DNA from: a virus
Reading direction: 5' to 3' (one strand)
Virus record (IMG/VR): IMGVR_UViG_3300025093_000012
Coordinates: 1 to 64,000 of that record
Length of the DNA stretch: 64,000 nucleotides
The notes under the pieces are model-generated. The model searched no databases. It saw nothing but the letters and a program-made list of their open reading frames with translations, and was not told the origin of the DNA. Within the stretch, counting starts at the first letter, position 1. Every line of letters begins with the position of its first letter. Positions 8,345-17,795 of this stretch are shown in pieces. The translations under genes and the position numbers were made by a program.

Positions 8345-8418
8345 GCTCTCTTAGCTCAGTTGGTCAGAGCAACTGACTCATAATCAGTAGGTCACAGGTT
8401 CAAGCCCTGTAGGGAGCA
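8345..8418 (+). tRNA. tRNA with CAT anticodon (Ile2 or elongator Met)
   Basis: Acceptor GCTCTCT/AGGGAGC; anticodon arm ACTGA-CTCATAA-TCAGT; the paired 1:72 position argues against an initiator. Confidence 0.9.
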
Positions 8419-8508
8419 CCTTAAAACAATTTATTATGACTTTTAAGAAACAAGATTTAGAGAAACTTCAACAACTTAAAGAATCTCTTAAAAAAATGGA
8501 ACAAAAGA

Positions 8509-9603
8509 ATGAGAGAAGAAATACAAAAAGAAGCACTAAGTCTAGCAACAAACAATAGTAGATGCGGCCTTGGTATTTCTATGGGTGTAGGCAAAACTAG
8601 AATTGCTATACAACATCTAATGAAAAATTATGATCCATTTATTAGAGCTTTGGTAGTTGTACCAAAGAAAACTATAATGGAATCCTGGATAGATGAACTT
8701 AAAAAGATGTCATTGACAGATAAGTTATCTTCCCATATAGAGTTTGTAACATACCTATCTTTAAATAAAAAGAATCCAAATGATTATGACATAGTCTATT
8801 TAGATGAGTGTCATAGTTTATTAGATACACATAAGACTTTCTTGTCTGAATTTAAAGGTAAGATACTGGGTCTAACAGGTACACCACCTAGAAAAGGCAC
8901 AGAAAAATATAATATGGTCAATAAATATTGTCCCATTATATATAATTATAGTGTTGATCAAGCAACGGATAGTAAAATCCTGAATGATTATAAGATTATT
9001 GTTCATGAGTTACAACTATCTAAGCTTAAGACACACAAAAAGAAAGGTAAGAATGGTGGTTTCTGGTATACTTCAGAGCAAGATGATTATAATTACTTTA
9101 CTGCACGTGTAGGTGAGGCACAGACACAAAAACAAAAACAGTTTTCATCTATTATGAGAATGAAAGCAATGATGGACTATGGTACAAAAGAAGCATATGC
9201 AAAAGCATTGCTTAAAAACATAGATCAAAAGTGTTTGGTGTTTGCTAATACAAAGAAACAAGCAGATAGGATGTGTAAGTATAGTTATTACTCAGGTAAT
9301 AGAAAGTCTGAAGAAAACCTAGAAATGTTTAGTGATGGAAGAATTAATCAGATGTCATGTGTGTTACAACTTAGTGAAGGTGTATCTATACCTGATCTAA
9401 AGCAAGGTGTTATTATGCATGCATATGGTAATGAAAGAAAAACATCACAAAGAATAGGGAGACTGCTAAGACTCTTACCTTATGAACAATCTATATGTCA
9501 TGTATTGTGTTATGCAAATACAATAGATGTTAAATGGGTTAACTCAGCATTATCATCATTTGATCAAGATAAAATACATTTTTATAATCCTCTAGAAGGT
9601 TAA
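8509..9603 (+). CDS. superfamily 2 helicase (DExH)
   Basis: SMGVGKT Walker A, LDECH, LTGTP, SQRIGRLLR. Confidence 0.9.
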   Translation: MREEIQKEALSLATNNSRCGLGISMGVGKTRIAIQHLMKNYDPFIRALVVVPKKTIMESWIDELKKMSLTDKLSSHIEFVTYLSLNKKNPNDYDIVYLDECHSLLDTHKTFLSEFKGKILGLTGTPPRKGTEKYNMVNKYCPIIYNYSVDQATDSKILNDYKIIVHELQLSKLKTHKKKGKNGGFWYTSEQDDYNYFTARVGEAQTQKQKQFSSIMRMKAMMDYGTKEAYAKALLKNIDQKCLVFANTKKQADRMCKYSYYSGNRKSEENLEMFSDGRINQMSCVLQLSEGVSIPDLKQGVIMHAYGNERKTSQRIGRLLRLLPYEQSICHVLCYANTIDVKWVNSALSSFDQDKIHFYNPLEG

Positions 9604-9613
9604 AAGTTTAGTT

Positions 9614-9862
9614 ATGGGAAGAATGAAAGAGATTTTTATGGAACAACGTCAACAGTTTAATCAATCAGATGAAGAGAAACAACATCTTGAATATCTTAAA
9701 TGGTATTATGAAACCAGAAAAGATGTTCCAGTAGATATGACAATGGCCTGTCCTAATTGTTCTGAAAAGAAATTAGAATATCTAGATATGAATAACATTG
9801 AATGTACTGGCTGTGGTCAAGAGTTTATTCTTGTTGATGCAAATACATTAAGATTTAAATAA
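9614..9862 (+). CDS. zinc-ribbon protein
   Basis: CPNC...CTGC. Confidence 0.7.
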   Translation: MGRMKEIFMEQRQQFNQSDEEKQHLEYLKWYYETRKDVPVDMTMACPNCSEKKLEYLDMNNIECTGCGQEFILVDANTLRFK

Positions 9863-9867
9863 CTATT

Positions 9868-10236
9868 ATGGAAATAATACTAGCATTTACAACTGGCTGT
9901 TTAGTAATGGCAGGTTTGTATGTAATTTATAAAGAGGTAAATTTTATGTTACCTGAAGATGATTGTGTAAATCTACCTATTAGAATAGATGCAACTTACA
10001 TTAGTCAGTCTCCCAATACATTTTATGGAATGTATTTATATTATAATGAGAATGATTCATGGAGATACAAAATGAGATCATTAGAAGAAGCTAATGTAAT
10101 TTTGCAACTATATGGTATTAGAACTAAACTTCCTGCAAGATATGATTCTGTTGGTTATCATACTTTGATACAAATTGCAACAGAAGCTGATGGCAGAGTT
10201 GTATTTGAATTTAATGATGATTTTGATGTATCATGA
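9868..10236 (+). CDS. membrane-anchored hypothetical protein
   Basis: N-terminal hydrophobic helix. Confidence 0.6.
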   Translation: MEIILAFTTGCLVMAGLYVIYKEVNFMLPEDDCVNLPIRIDATYISQSPNTFYGMYLYYNENDSWRYKMRSLEEANVILQLYGIRTKLPARYDSVGYHTLIQIATEADGRVVFEFNDDFDVS

Positions 10237-10616
10237 AAACAAATCTCTTTGCAAATCTTACAAAAAAGAATGGTAAGCTTGAGTATAACATTAAAGCTCA
10301 ACAGAATATATACAATCAGTTTGTAAAAGACTTGCCTGAAGGTGCTAAAGTAGAAATATTTGTTAGTGTCTCAGGTGATAATGGTACTAATGCACAGATA
10401 GCTAAGATACATGTAAGTATTAGACAACTTGCAAATGATATTGGTTATAGTTTTAGTGAAATGAAACTATTAGTAAAAAGAAAAGCAGGACTCTGTTTCA
10501 ATAAGAATGGAACGGAGTACTGCAAATCTTTTGGTGACTGTAGTAAAGAAGAACTTAACTCTGTAATACAAGAGATTATAGAGTTAGGTGATGAGGTTGG
10601 ATCTAACCTCCGTTAG
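10233..10616 (+). CDS. NinB/Orf-like recombination protein
   Basis: TNAQIAKIH..IRQLA...EMKLLVK...SFGDCSKEELNSVI resembles the NinB/YbcN pattern. Confidence 0.55.
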   Translation: MKTNLFANLTKKNGKLEYNIKAQQNIYNQFVKDLPEGAKVEIFVSVSGDNGTNAQIAKIHVSIRQLANDIGYSFSEMKLLVKRKAGLCFNKNGTEYCKSFGDCSKEELNSVIQEIIELGDEVGSNLR

Positions 10617-11106
10617 ATTCAGCTCTCATTCTAGCAGCTGCCTCATCTTCTTTTCTCATTGTCTCATAGTCAGCTTTACTTTGTTTGAAAGCTTTCTTAA
10701 GATCTTCATCATTGAATGTTTCAAATGATTTAATTATCTTTTGTAACTCTTCACTGTGATCTTCATCAGTTATAATGACCTTACCTTGCTCTACTGCACG
10801 TAAATTAATTTCAGTTTGCAATGACATTAGAGTCCATAAAGCGTTCATAAAAGGATTTACTGGAGCATCTTCTGGAATATTTTCAAAACCAGTTCTGATG
10901 TGTTCTAAAGCTACAACTATTTCATCTTCTTCATGTAATGAAAATAAATAGTTCATAGATTCTTCTAAGTATATTCTAAATGAACCTACAATAGGAACAT
11001 CAATTGTCTCTTCAGGATCAACATACATAACTTTCTTGTTAGCTCTTGCTTCCTGAGCAGCTTTGATATTAGCTTCTATTTGCTTCTTTGTTAATTTCTT
11101 TGCCAT
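10603..11106 (-). CDS. hypothetical protein (lone antisense gene in the early block)
   Basis: 167 aa with no competing + ORF; own TATATTTG element at 11217-11224. Confidence 0.75.
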   Translation of the reverse strand: MAKKLTKKQIEANIKAAQEARANKKVMYVDPEETIDVPIVGSFRIYLEESMNYLFSLHEEDEIVVALEHIRTGFENIPEDAPVNPFMNALWTLMSLQTEINLRAVEQGKVIITDEDHSEELQKIIKSFETFNDEDLKKAFKQSKADYETMRKEDEAAARMRAESNGG

Positions 11107-11216
11107 GTGTAAATTTTTTAATTAAAGCAGGACGGATTAATATCCTGGGTGTTTTTATAGTTGGATCTTCCAACGCAATCAATAAATCAGTGTGTGTTTT
11201 ATTAAAATACATGCAA

Positions 11217-11243
11217 CAAATATAGTAAAATATATTATCTTTG
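11217..11243. promoter_or_regulatory. divergent Bacteroidetes-type -7 elements (TAnnTTTG)
   Basis: TATATTTG on minus (11217-11224) and TATCTTTG on plus (11236-11243) between divergent genes. Confidence 0.6.
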
Positions 11244-11264
11244 TTAACTTTAAAACCAATAAAT

Positions 11265-11846
11265 ATGTTTCCAGATCAAGTGAAAGAGATGATGAGGGAA
11301 GTTGAGATCTTTAAGAATAGATTTGAATTTACCTTCAACAGAAAACTACACATCATTATTGCTGATAAAAACAGCAAATCTAAGATAGATAACTACAGTG
11401 TACAATGGAAGGATGAAATTGATGCATTGGGGAATCATAAGATAACCAATAAGCTTGAAGAGTTACAAGGTATTGTTCTTCGTGCTATGCATAAGGTTAA
11501 CCCTGATTTACGTAATATTGATTCAATGGTAATTAGTACTAGAAGAAGAGAGGTGTTAGTATGGATACAAGCATTTACACATATTGCAAGAAGGATAGGT
11601 TTTACTACAACAAAAATTGGTGAGTTCATTGGTAGAGATCACTCTACTATTGTACATCAAACTAAAGCTACAAGTAATATGCTTTTCACAAAAGAAGAAC
11701 TATTTATGCAAGCTTATAATGCAATCATTAATGAAATCCGAGATTATGTGGGAATTATTTCAACAAATACTGAAGGAGAAGATGACACCAAATCAGTTCT
11801 TAATTCTTTACGGAATAAAGAAGAGTCTGGCATTACCATTACCTGA
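11265..11846 (+). CDS. protein with DnaA C-terminal (domain IV) HTH
   Basis: RRREV...FTTTKIGEFIGRDHSTIVH matches the DnaA GRDHTTV signature. Confidence 0.75.
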   Translation: MFPDQVKEMMREVEIFKNRFEFTFNRKLHIIIADKNSKSKIDNYSVQWKDEIDALGNHKITNKLEELQGIVLRAMHKVNPDLRNIDSMVISTRRREVLVWIQAFTHIARRIGFTTTKIGEFIGRDHSTIVHQTKATSNMLFTKEELFMQAYNAIINEIRDYVGIISTNTEGEDDTKSVLNSLRNKEESGITIT

Positions 11847-12330
11847 TCATGCAAATGAAATAAATCATTTAAAAGCTGAAGGTTTTTTGGATAATGATGG
11901 AACACTGAGTATAAAAGCAAGAAAAGTAATTACAAGATTTGAGAATTACTTTGTTAAGGCAAAGAAAAGAACAAACATCCAGCTTATGGGTAAAGAGTTC
12001 TTAACCAGGATAAATGAATATAGAGATATATTTCCTGCAGGTAAGTTACCAAGTGGTAAACCTGCACGTGTAAATGTAAAGACTCTTGAAAATTCATTTA
12101 GATGGTTCTTTGAAAACTATGATTTCACTTGGGATGAAATTATAGAAGCAACAAGAAGATATGTTAATGCATACAGAGATAATGAGTATATGTATATGAA
12201 AACAAGCCAATACTTTATTTGTAAACAGGACAAGTCTAAAGTCAGAACATCTGATCTTGCAGACTATTGTGATATGATTAGAGATGGAGTAGAGCCTGAT
12301 GACAACCACTTTAAAGAGAAGGTGGTATGA
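11746..12330 (+). CDS. putative replication initiator / helicase-loader-like protein
   Basis: Start MWELF at 11746; coupled to dnaB; function inferred from position only. Confidence 0.55.
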   Translation: MWELFQQILKEKMTPNQFLILYGIKKSLALPLPDHANEINHLKAEGFLDNDGTLSIKARKVITRFENYFVKAKKRTNIQLMGKEFLTRINEYRDIFPAGKLPSGKPARVNVKTLENSFRWFFENYDFTWDEIIEATRRYVNAYRDNEYMYMKTSQYFICKQDKSKVRTSDLADYCDMIRDGVEPDDNHFKEKVV

Positions 12331-13277
12331 GTAAGGAAGCTTGGCATGGACAATATCAATCATTTAATGATGCATTAAAATATATGCTTGATAGACAATC
12401 TGGTAAAGAGAAGTCTATATACACACCGTGGCCTAAGTTTAATGATGCTGTAACAGATGGATTAGAGTGGAATACTCTTACTGTTATTGGCGGTAGACCT
12501 GGGTCAGGTAAGACACTGATTAAAGATCAGATAGTTAGAGAATCATTTGTTCTTAATCCTGAAGAAAACTACAGAGTTCTTGAGTTTCAATTTGAGATGG
12601 TAGGTAGAACTTCAGCATTGAGAGAATTTAGTTCTATAACTGGTAAGACATATAAAGAATTGTGTAGTGCAGGTACTAAACTAACTACTGCAGATTTCAA
12701 TAAATGTCATATGTATGCTAAAGATAGAGTCAAAAGTCCTGTAGATATAATCTCAACACCGATGACAGTAAACCAAATGCGTGAACAAATAGATATGTAT
12801 ATGGACACACATAAAGGACAGAAGACTATTATCACATTAGATCATACTATTCTAGTAAAGAGAGCACCCTATCAGAATAACAGACTTGATATGTTATTTG
12901 AGTTAGGTGAATTCTTTACGCAAGTTAAACGTGAATACCCATGCATGTTTATTGCACTCTCACAGCTGAACAGAAATATAGATAATCCTGATAGAGCTGT
13001 TGATGGTAAGTATGGTAACTATGTACTTGAATCAGATATATTTGGTTCAGATGCAATGTTACAGCATGCTGATACCTTGATTGGTATTAACCGTCCTGCC
13101 AAACAGAAGATTAGATTCTATGGCCCAGATAGATATATAATACAAGATGATAAGACACTGGTATTACATTTTCTAAAGGCAAGAAATGGTGACACTAGAA
13201 TGAGTTTCTTTAAAGCTCAGTTTGAGAGAATGCAAATAGCAGAGATGGACACACCACCTCAGCAAGAAAGAAGATAA
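12327..13277 (+). CDS. dnaB: DnaB-like replicative helicase
   Basis: GGRPGSGKT, FEM, LDH, LSQLNR, LKARNG. Confidence 0.92.
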   Translation: MSKEAWHGQYQSFNDALKYMLDRQSGKEKSIYTPWPKFNDAVTDGLEWNTLTVIGGRPGSGKTLIKDQIVRESFVLNPEENYRVLEFQFEMVGRTSALREFSSITGKTYKELCSAGTKLTTADFNKCHMYAKDRVKSPVDIISTPMTVNQMREQIDMYMDTHKGQKTIITLDHTILVKRAPYQNNRLDMLFELGEFFTQVKREYPCMFIALSQLNRNIDNPDRAVDGKYGNYVLESDIFGSDAMLQHADTLIGINRPAKQKIRFYGPDRYIIQDDKTLVLHFLKARNGDTRMSFFKAQFERMQIAEMDTPPQQERR

Positions 13278-13278
13278 T

Positions 13279-13821
13279 ATGGATACAAAAATTAATAATA
13301 TGACTCCAACTGAACGTAAACAGAAAGTTGCTGAACTTAGGAAGGAGCATCAACCTTACTTTAATAGTATTGGTGATAAGGATGCTTTGTTTATACCTAA
13401 GATGGCCTATAGACCTTCTGGAAAGGATGAATTAATTATCTCATTTTTTCCAAGTGAACTAGAAAAAGGTAAAGATATTTATACAGAATTTGTAAGTAAG
13501 CAGTATGAATCTGAAGATCCAAAGAGAACTTTGTATTTATCAAAGTATAATCCTCATTGGAAAGAAGAATATGAAATGGTTACAAGCAATGCTGGATTTG
13601 AAAGACATATCATACCTGTTTCTGAATTGAAAGTGATTAATGATGCAGCAAGTAGAGGACAAAAATTTACAACACAGTCCTTTCAAGAAGCTCAAAAAAC
13701 TTTTAATAATATAAAATTACCAGACCCAGAGACTGGTAGAGATATGCTAGATGTACTTAAAGGCATTGAGAAAGCATTAATAGGAATTCAAAAAACATTG
13801 TACAACTCATTAAATAAATAA
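13279..13821 (+). CDS. hypothetical protein
   Basis: 180 aa ORF in the replication operon. Confidence 0.7.
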   Translation: MDTKINNMTPTERKQKVAELRKEHQPYFNSIGDKDALFIPKMAYRPSGKDELIISFFPSELEKGKDIYTEFVSKQYESEDPKRTLYLSKYNPHWKEEYEMVTSNAGFERHIIPVSELKVINDAASRGQKFTTQSFQEAQKTFNNIKLPDPETGRDMLDVLKGIEKALIGIQKTLYNSLNK

Positions 13822-13823
13822 AC

Positions 13824-14504
13824 ATGGCACAAAGCGTATTAGTTATTGCTGACTCAGGTACTGGTAAATCTACATCTATCAGGACTCTAGATCCAAAAGA
13901 AACATTTATTGTTAACATTGCAAACAAGCCTTTACCATTTAAAGGTTGGAAGAAGAATTACACAAACGTAAGTAAAGAGAATCCAAAAGGTAATATGACT
14001 TCTGCATCATCCGCTAATGGAATTGTAAAAGCTATGATGCATGTTAATGATAAGATGCCACACATCAAGACATTAGTTATTGATGACTGGCAGTATATGT
14101 CCAGCTTTGAATACTTTGATAGAGCTAGTGAGAAAGGTTATGATAAGTTTACTCAGATTGCGGCTAACCTAGCACAGGTTGCTAAGATGCCTAAAGATAT
14201 GAGAGATGACTTGACTATCTTTTTCTTAACTCACTCAGAAGATTCAACTGATATTAACGGACACAGAAAAGTTAAGGCTAAAACTATTGGTAAAATGATA
14301 GATAATACTTTAACTTTGGAAGGTCTTTTCTCTATTGTTTTATTTGGTAGAGTAAAGAAGAATGAGGACTCATTAGAATATGGGTTTGATACACAAAATA
14401 ATGGAGAGAACACATGTAAGTCTCCAATGGGAATGTTTGAAGATTCCTTTATACCCAATGATTTACAATTTGTAAAAGATTGTATTAATGAATATGAAAA
14501 TTAA
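13824..14504 (+). CDS. AAA_24 / Sak4-like ATPase
   Basis: ADSGTGKS, LVIDD, KTIGKMID, CKSPMGMF. Confidence 0.85.
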   Translation: MAQSVLVIADSGTGKSTSIRTLDPKETFIVNIANKPLPFKGWKKNYTNVSKENPKGNMTSASSANGIVKAMMHVNDKMPHIKTLVIDDWQYMSSFEYFDRASEKGYDKFTQIAANLAQVAKMPKDMRDDLTIFFLTHSEDSTDINGHRKVKAKTIGKMIDNTLTLEGLFSIVLFGRVKKNEDSLEYGFDTQNNGENTCKSPMGMFEDSFIPNDLQFVKDCINEYEN

Positions 14505-14506
14505 TT

Positions 14507-15211
14507 ATGGAAAATTTAAAAAAAGCAACTATGTTTAATACTAAAGACATGTCTGCAGGTTCAAGCAGACCAAAGCCAGTAATGAGCCCAGGTAATCAAA
14601 CTATTAGAATTAATTCTGTAACGTTTGATAAGACCCCATATGATACAGAAGCATACAATATTACATTGCATGTGGAAACTCAACCTGTCAAAGGAGACTT
14701 TGAAGGATTCTACAAAGACATGAATGATCAGTCTAAAGGTAGATATGATGGCCAAGTTGGTAGAGTTAGAATGACTCCTTATCCATACAAAGATGCAAGC
14801 TTACCAAGCGGGCGTGAAGTTAGTAGAGATCAGGAGATTCTTAAGTCTATGATTTTCTTGTCTGAGCAATTGGGTAAGAGAGATCAGCTTGATGCTATTG
14901 AGGCAGACTCAATTGATGGATTCATGACTAAAGCTGCTGCTTTGTTTGCAAACAGTGATTTCTTTAATGCATGTATTGGGTCAAGACAATGGGAGAATAA
15001 AGATGGATACATCAATGATGATCTTTATCTTCCAAGACCATCAAAAGATGGTGTACCTGTTGAAGGTATGGATGTGGATACAAGTCAATCACGTTTGTTG
15101 ATTTATGATAAGTCTAAACATCTTAGAGAAGTTGTAAAGAAAGATACTACTCAGAGTGTTGATTCTTCATTTGAAGGAACATCAGGTAGTGGTTCTGACT
15201 TTGAACTTTAA
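14507..15211 (+). CDS. putative single-stranded DNA-binding protein
   Basis: Follows the Sak4-like gene; flexible tail ending SDFEL. Confidence 0.55.
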   Translation: MENLKKATMFNTKDMSAGSSRPKPVMSPGNQTIRINSVTFDKTPYDTEAYNITLHVETQPVKGDFEGFYKDMNDQSKGRYDGQVGRVRMTPYPYKDASLPSGREVSRDQEILKSMIFLSEQLGKRDQLDAIEADSIDGFMTKAAALFANSDFFNACIGSRQWENKDGYINDDLYLPRPSKDGVPVEGMDVDTSQSRLLIYDKSKHLREVVKKDTTQSVDSSFEGTSGSGSDFEL

Positions 15212-15333
15212 TAAATAGTTTGGATTCGGAAGGTGTTGAATGGTGTAAGACCAGACGTGGCAATACCAACTTAATTGAGGAGAAAACAATTGCGTTAACC
15301 AAGCCTCATGCCTTCCCCTTTCCAACTTTTGTT

Positions 15334-16311
15334 ATGATTAGTACAAAGAATCTTGTATCCAATGAAGGCAATGTCCCAAGTGCATGGGTGTTTCAATACT
15401 ATTTGGATCTACCAGAGAGTTTGACAGGACAAAATGTAAGAATACATTCTATATTTAATCCTGGTGAGAGAACACCAAGTATGTGGGTCTTTGTAGATAA
15501 AGCTACAAGGCAGTATAAGTATAAAGATTTCTCAACTGGCAACTATGGTAATAAGATTGATTTGATTAAGGAGCTTTTTAGTATAGACTACTCAAAGGCT
15601 GTATTTAAAATGATTAATGATTACAACAAGTTTGCTCTAGAAAAAGGTAAGTATAACGTAGAGGTTAAAGATCATCCTAGATATAAGGTTGATAACTGCA
15701 ATGAACGGCCATGGAATAGACTAGACCAACAGTATTGGTTACAGTTTAATATTGGCAAGTCAACATTAGAGAAATATAATGTAAGACCTCTTGAATACTA
15801 TACAATGTCAAAGGATGATCCTGATGGTTTAAAAACTATTAAGATTGAGTATCCCAAACTATATGGTTACTTTGACAAGGATGGTAATGTCTATAAAATA
15901 TACCAGCCGTCACAAAAAAAATATAAATTCATAAAGGTTAAAGCACATTTGCAGGGCTTTGATCAGTTAGAATATAATCAACCTTACTTAGTTATATGCT
16001 CCTCATTGAAGGATGCAATGTGTTTGAAACAGTTTGGTTATAACCTTGAGGTTATTGCTCCTGACTCAGAGAATACACTAATTAAACCATATATAATACA
16101 TAATTTAAAAGAGAAGTACAGAAAAGTTATAACTTTGTTTGATAATGATGTGGCAGGTGGTAAAGCAATAGATAAATACAGAGAGATGTATTCTATTAAT
16201 GGCTTTGCACTTGATGAATGTAAAGATTTATCAGATGCTGTACAGGCACACGGGTTTGAAGTAGTCCATAAGATGCTTAAACCAATGCTACTTAAAACTT
16301 TAAAATTATGA
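15334..16311 (+). CDS. DNA primase (Toprim)
   Basis: ERTPSM...YKDFSTG N-domain, SSLKDAM, FDNDVAG, KDLSD; start MISTK at 15334. Confidence 0.85.
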   Translation: MISTKNLVSNEGNVPSAWVFQYYLDLPESLTGQNVRIHSIFNPGERTPSMWVFVDKATRQYKYKDFSTGNYGNKIDLIKELFSIDYSKAVFKMINDYNKFALEKGKYNVEVKDHPRYKVDNCNERPWNRLDQQYWLQFNIGKSTLEKYNVRPLEYYTMSKDDPDGLKTIKIEYPKLYGYFDKDGNVYKIYQPSQKKYKFIKVKAHLQGFDQLEYNQPYLVICSSLKDAMCLKQFGYNLEVIAPDSENTLIKPYIIHNLKEKYRKVITLFDNDVAGGKAIDKYREMYSINGFALDECKDLSDAVQAHGFEVVHKMLKPMLLKTLKL

Positions 16312-16736
16312 AATGGTTTATACCAGGCAATGTACCTTCCAGTAAGAACGGAAGAAGATGGACAGGTAAATATTTTATATCTAGTAAAGCTACTATGAAG
16401 TATAGAAAGGATACTGCTAAATACTATAAACAGTATGCTGCTTCCTTTGCAAAAGAGTTATCTAAATATGATCTACCTGTAATAGTTTCTTTTAAATTTT
16501 TTAGAGGCTCTAGGCATAAGTTTGATTATATAAATCCTGCACAAACAGTTCAAGATGACATGGTAAAACATGGATGGATAGAAGATGATAATATGACATA
16601 TATCATTCCTCGTTTTGAAGAGTATGTGTATGATAAGGAAAACCCAGGAGTTCAAATTAAAATAATGAAAAATGGAAAAATTAACAATAGAACAAAAACT
16701 ACTACTAAGAAAACTAAAAGACCACGGACTAAGTGA
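16308..16736 (+). CDS. RusA-like Holliday junction resolvase
   Basis: VPSSKN, FDYINPAQTVQDDM, GWIEDDN. Confidence 0.75.
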   Translation: MKWFIPGNVPSSKNGRRWTGKYFISSKATMKYRKDTAKYYKQYAASFAKELSKYDLPVIVSFKFFRGSRHKFDYINPAQTVQDDMVKHGWIEDDNMTYIIPRFEEYVYDKENPGVQIKIMKNGKINNRTKTTTKKTKRPRTK

Positions 16737-17079
16737 AGTACAAATTAGTTATTCAGGTGGTGGTGATGATGGTTGCATAGATGATGTGTGTGGATATGCA
16801 TTAGATAAAGATGGACGTTCTAAATATCAAGGTAACAAGTCTATACCAGAAAACTTTATGAATGTTTTTGAAGATCTATTTTATGATATGATTAGCAAAA
16901 ATGTAGAGTGGGATTGGGTTAATAATGAAGGTGGTTTTGGTAGTCTTTATATTGATGTTGATACAGGTGCAATAACAATTGAACATTCTCAAAGAGTTGT
17001 AGAAGAACATACATACAATGTTCATGATGATGATTTTGTAAATACATTAGATAATGGCTCATCCGTTAGTACACGCTAG
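16672..17079 (+). CDS. DUF6878-like protein
   Basis: YSGGGDDGCID and WVNNEGGFG motifs. Confidence 0.7.
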   Translation: MEKLTIEQKLLLRKLKDHGLSEVQISYSGGGDDGCIDDVCGYALDKDGRSKYQGNKSIPENFMNVFEDLFYDMISKNVEWDWVNNEGGFGSLYIDVDTGAITIEHSQRVVEEHTYNVHDDDFVNTLDNGSSVSTR

Positions 17080-17401
17080 ATCATCAGCAAAAAAGTTTGG
17101 AGGTAAACCAGAAGACTATACACATATACATGAATGGTTTGATGCTACAAAGGCATGGTTAGGGACCAGTATGCATAGAGTTTATAGACATCACTCTGAA
17201 GGTATCTTTGAATGTGAAGAGGTATTTGGAAAAAGTTTTACTAATTCAGATGGTAAGACTGTATATACTAGATATGTTGGTGAGCAACATGTAAGAGAGG
17301 ATTGTAATAACTATATACCATCTGCTAAAGAATGGTTTGATATTATAAGTACAAACAAGATGCCTGTGTGGGCATTAAAAACAATGAAAATAAATGATTG
17401 A
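17054..17401 (+). CDS. DUF6915-like His-rich protein
   Basis: MAHP..HA.SS.KKFGG, IHEWFD, HRVYRHHSEG, EQHVRED. Confidence 0.8.
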   Translation: MAHPLVHARSSAKKFGGKPEDYTHIHEWFDATKAWLGTSMHRVYRHHSEGIFECEEVFGKSFTNSDGKTVYTRYVGEQHVREDCNNYIPSAKEWFDIISTNKMPVWALKTMKIND

Positions 17402-17795
17402 ATTAAATTTAGAATTATATATCAGTAATAAAAAACTTATAAATGGTTCAGATGAAGATATGGAGATTGGCATTGCTAATCTTAAGAATGCAAAAGCATC
17501 TGATATAGTTCTTTGTAGTCTAGCAAAATCACTTGGTGCTCATCGTAGACAAATGTTTTTGCATAGATATTGTCGTGATGTAAACATGTTGGATGATGCA
17601 GATCAAGATGCACGGTTGGTATACTTACAAAACTTGTGTAAACCTTGGAGTGTAGTATTTGAAGAACTGAAAGGAACTGATGTTTCTGATTTAGATAAAG
17701 AGATAGTTCACTATGAACTTTATAATCTTTATATGAAGACTATCTGTGAAGATCATAAGTTTATTAAAAACATAACCTTTGAATTAGAATGGTAA
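17394..17795 (+). CDS. hypothetical protein
   Basis: 133 aa, overlaps both neighbours. Confidence 0.7.
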   Translation: MIELNLELYISNKKLINGSDEDMEIGIANLKNAKASDIVLCSLAKSLGAHRRQMFLHRYCRDVNMLDDADQDARLVYLQNLCKPWSVVFEELKGTDVSDLDKEIVHYELYNLYMKTICEDHKFIKNITFELEW

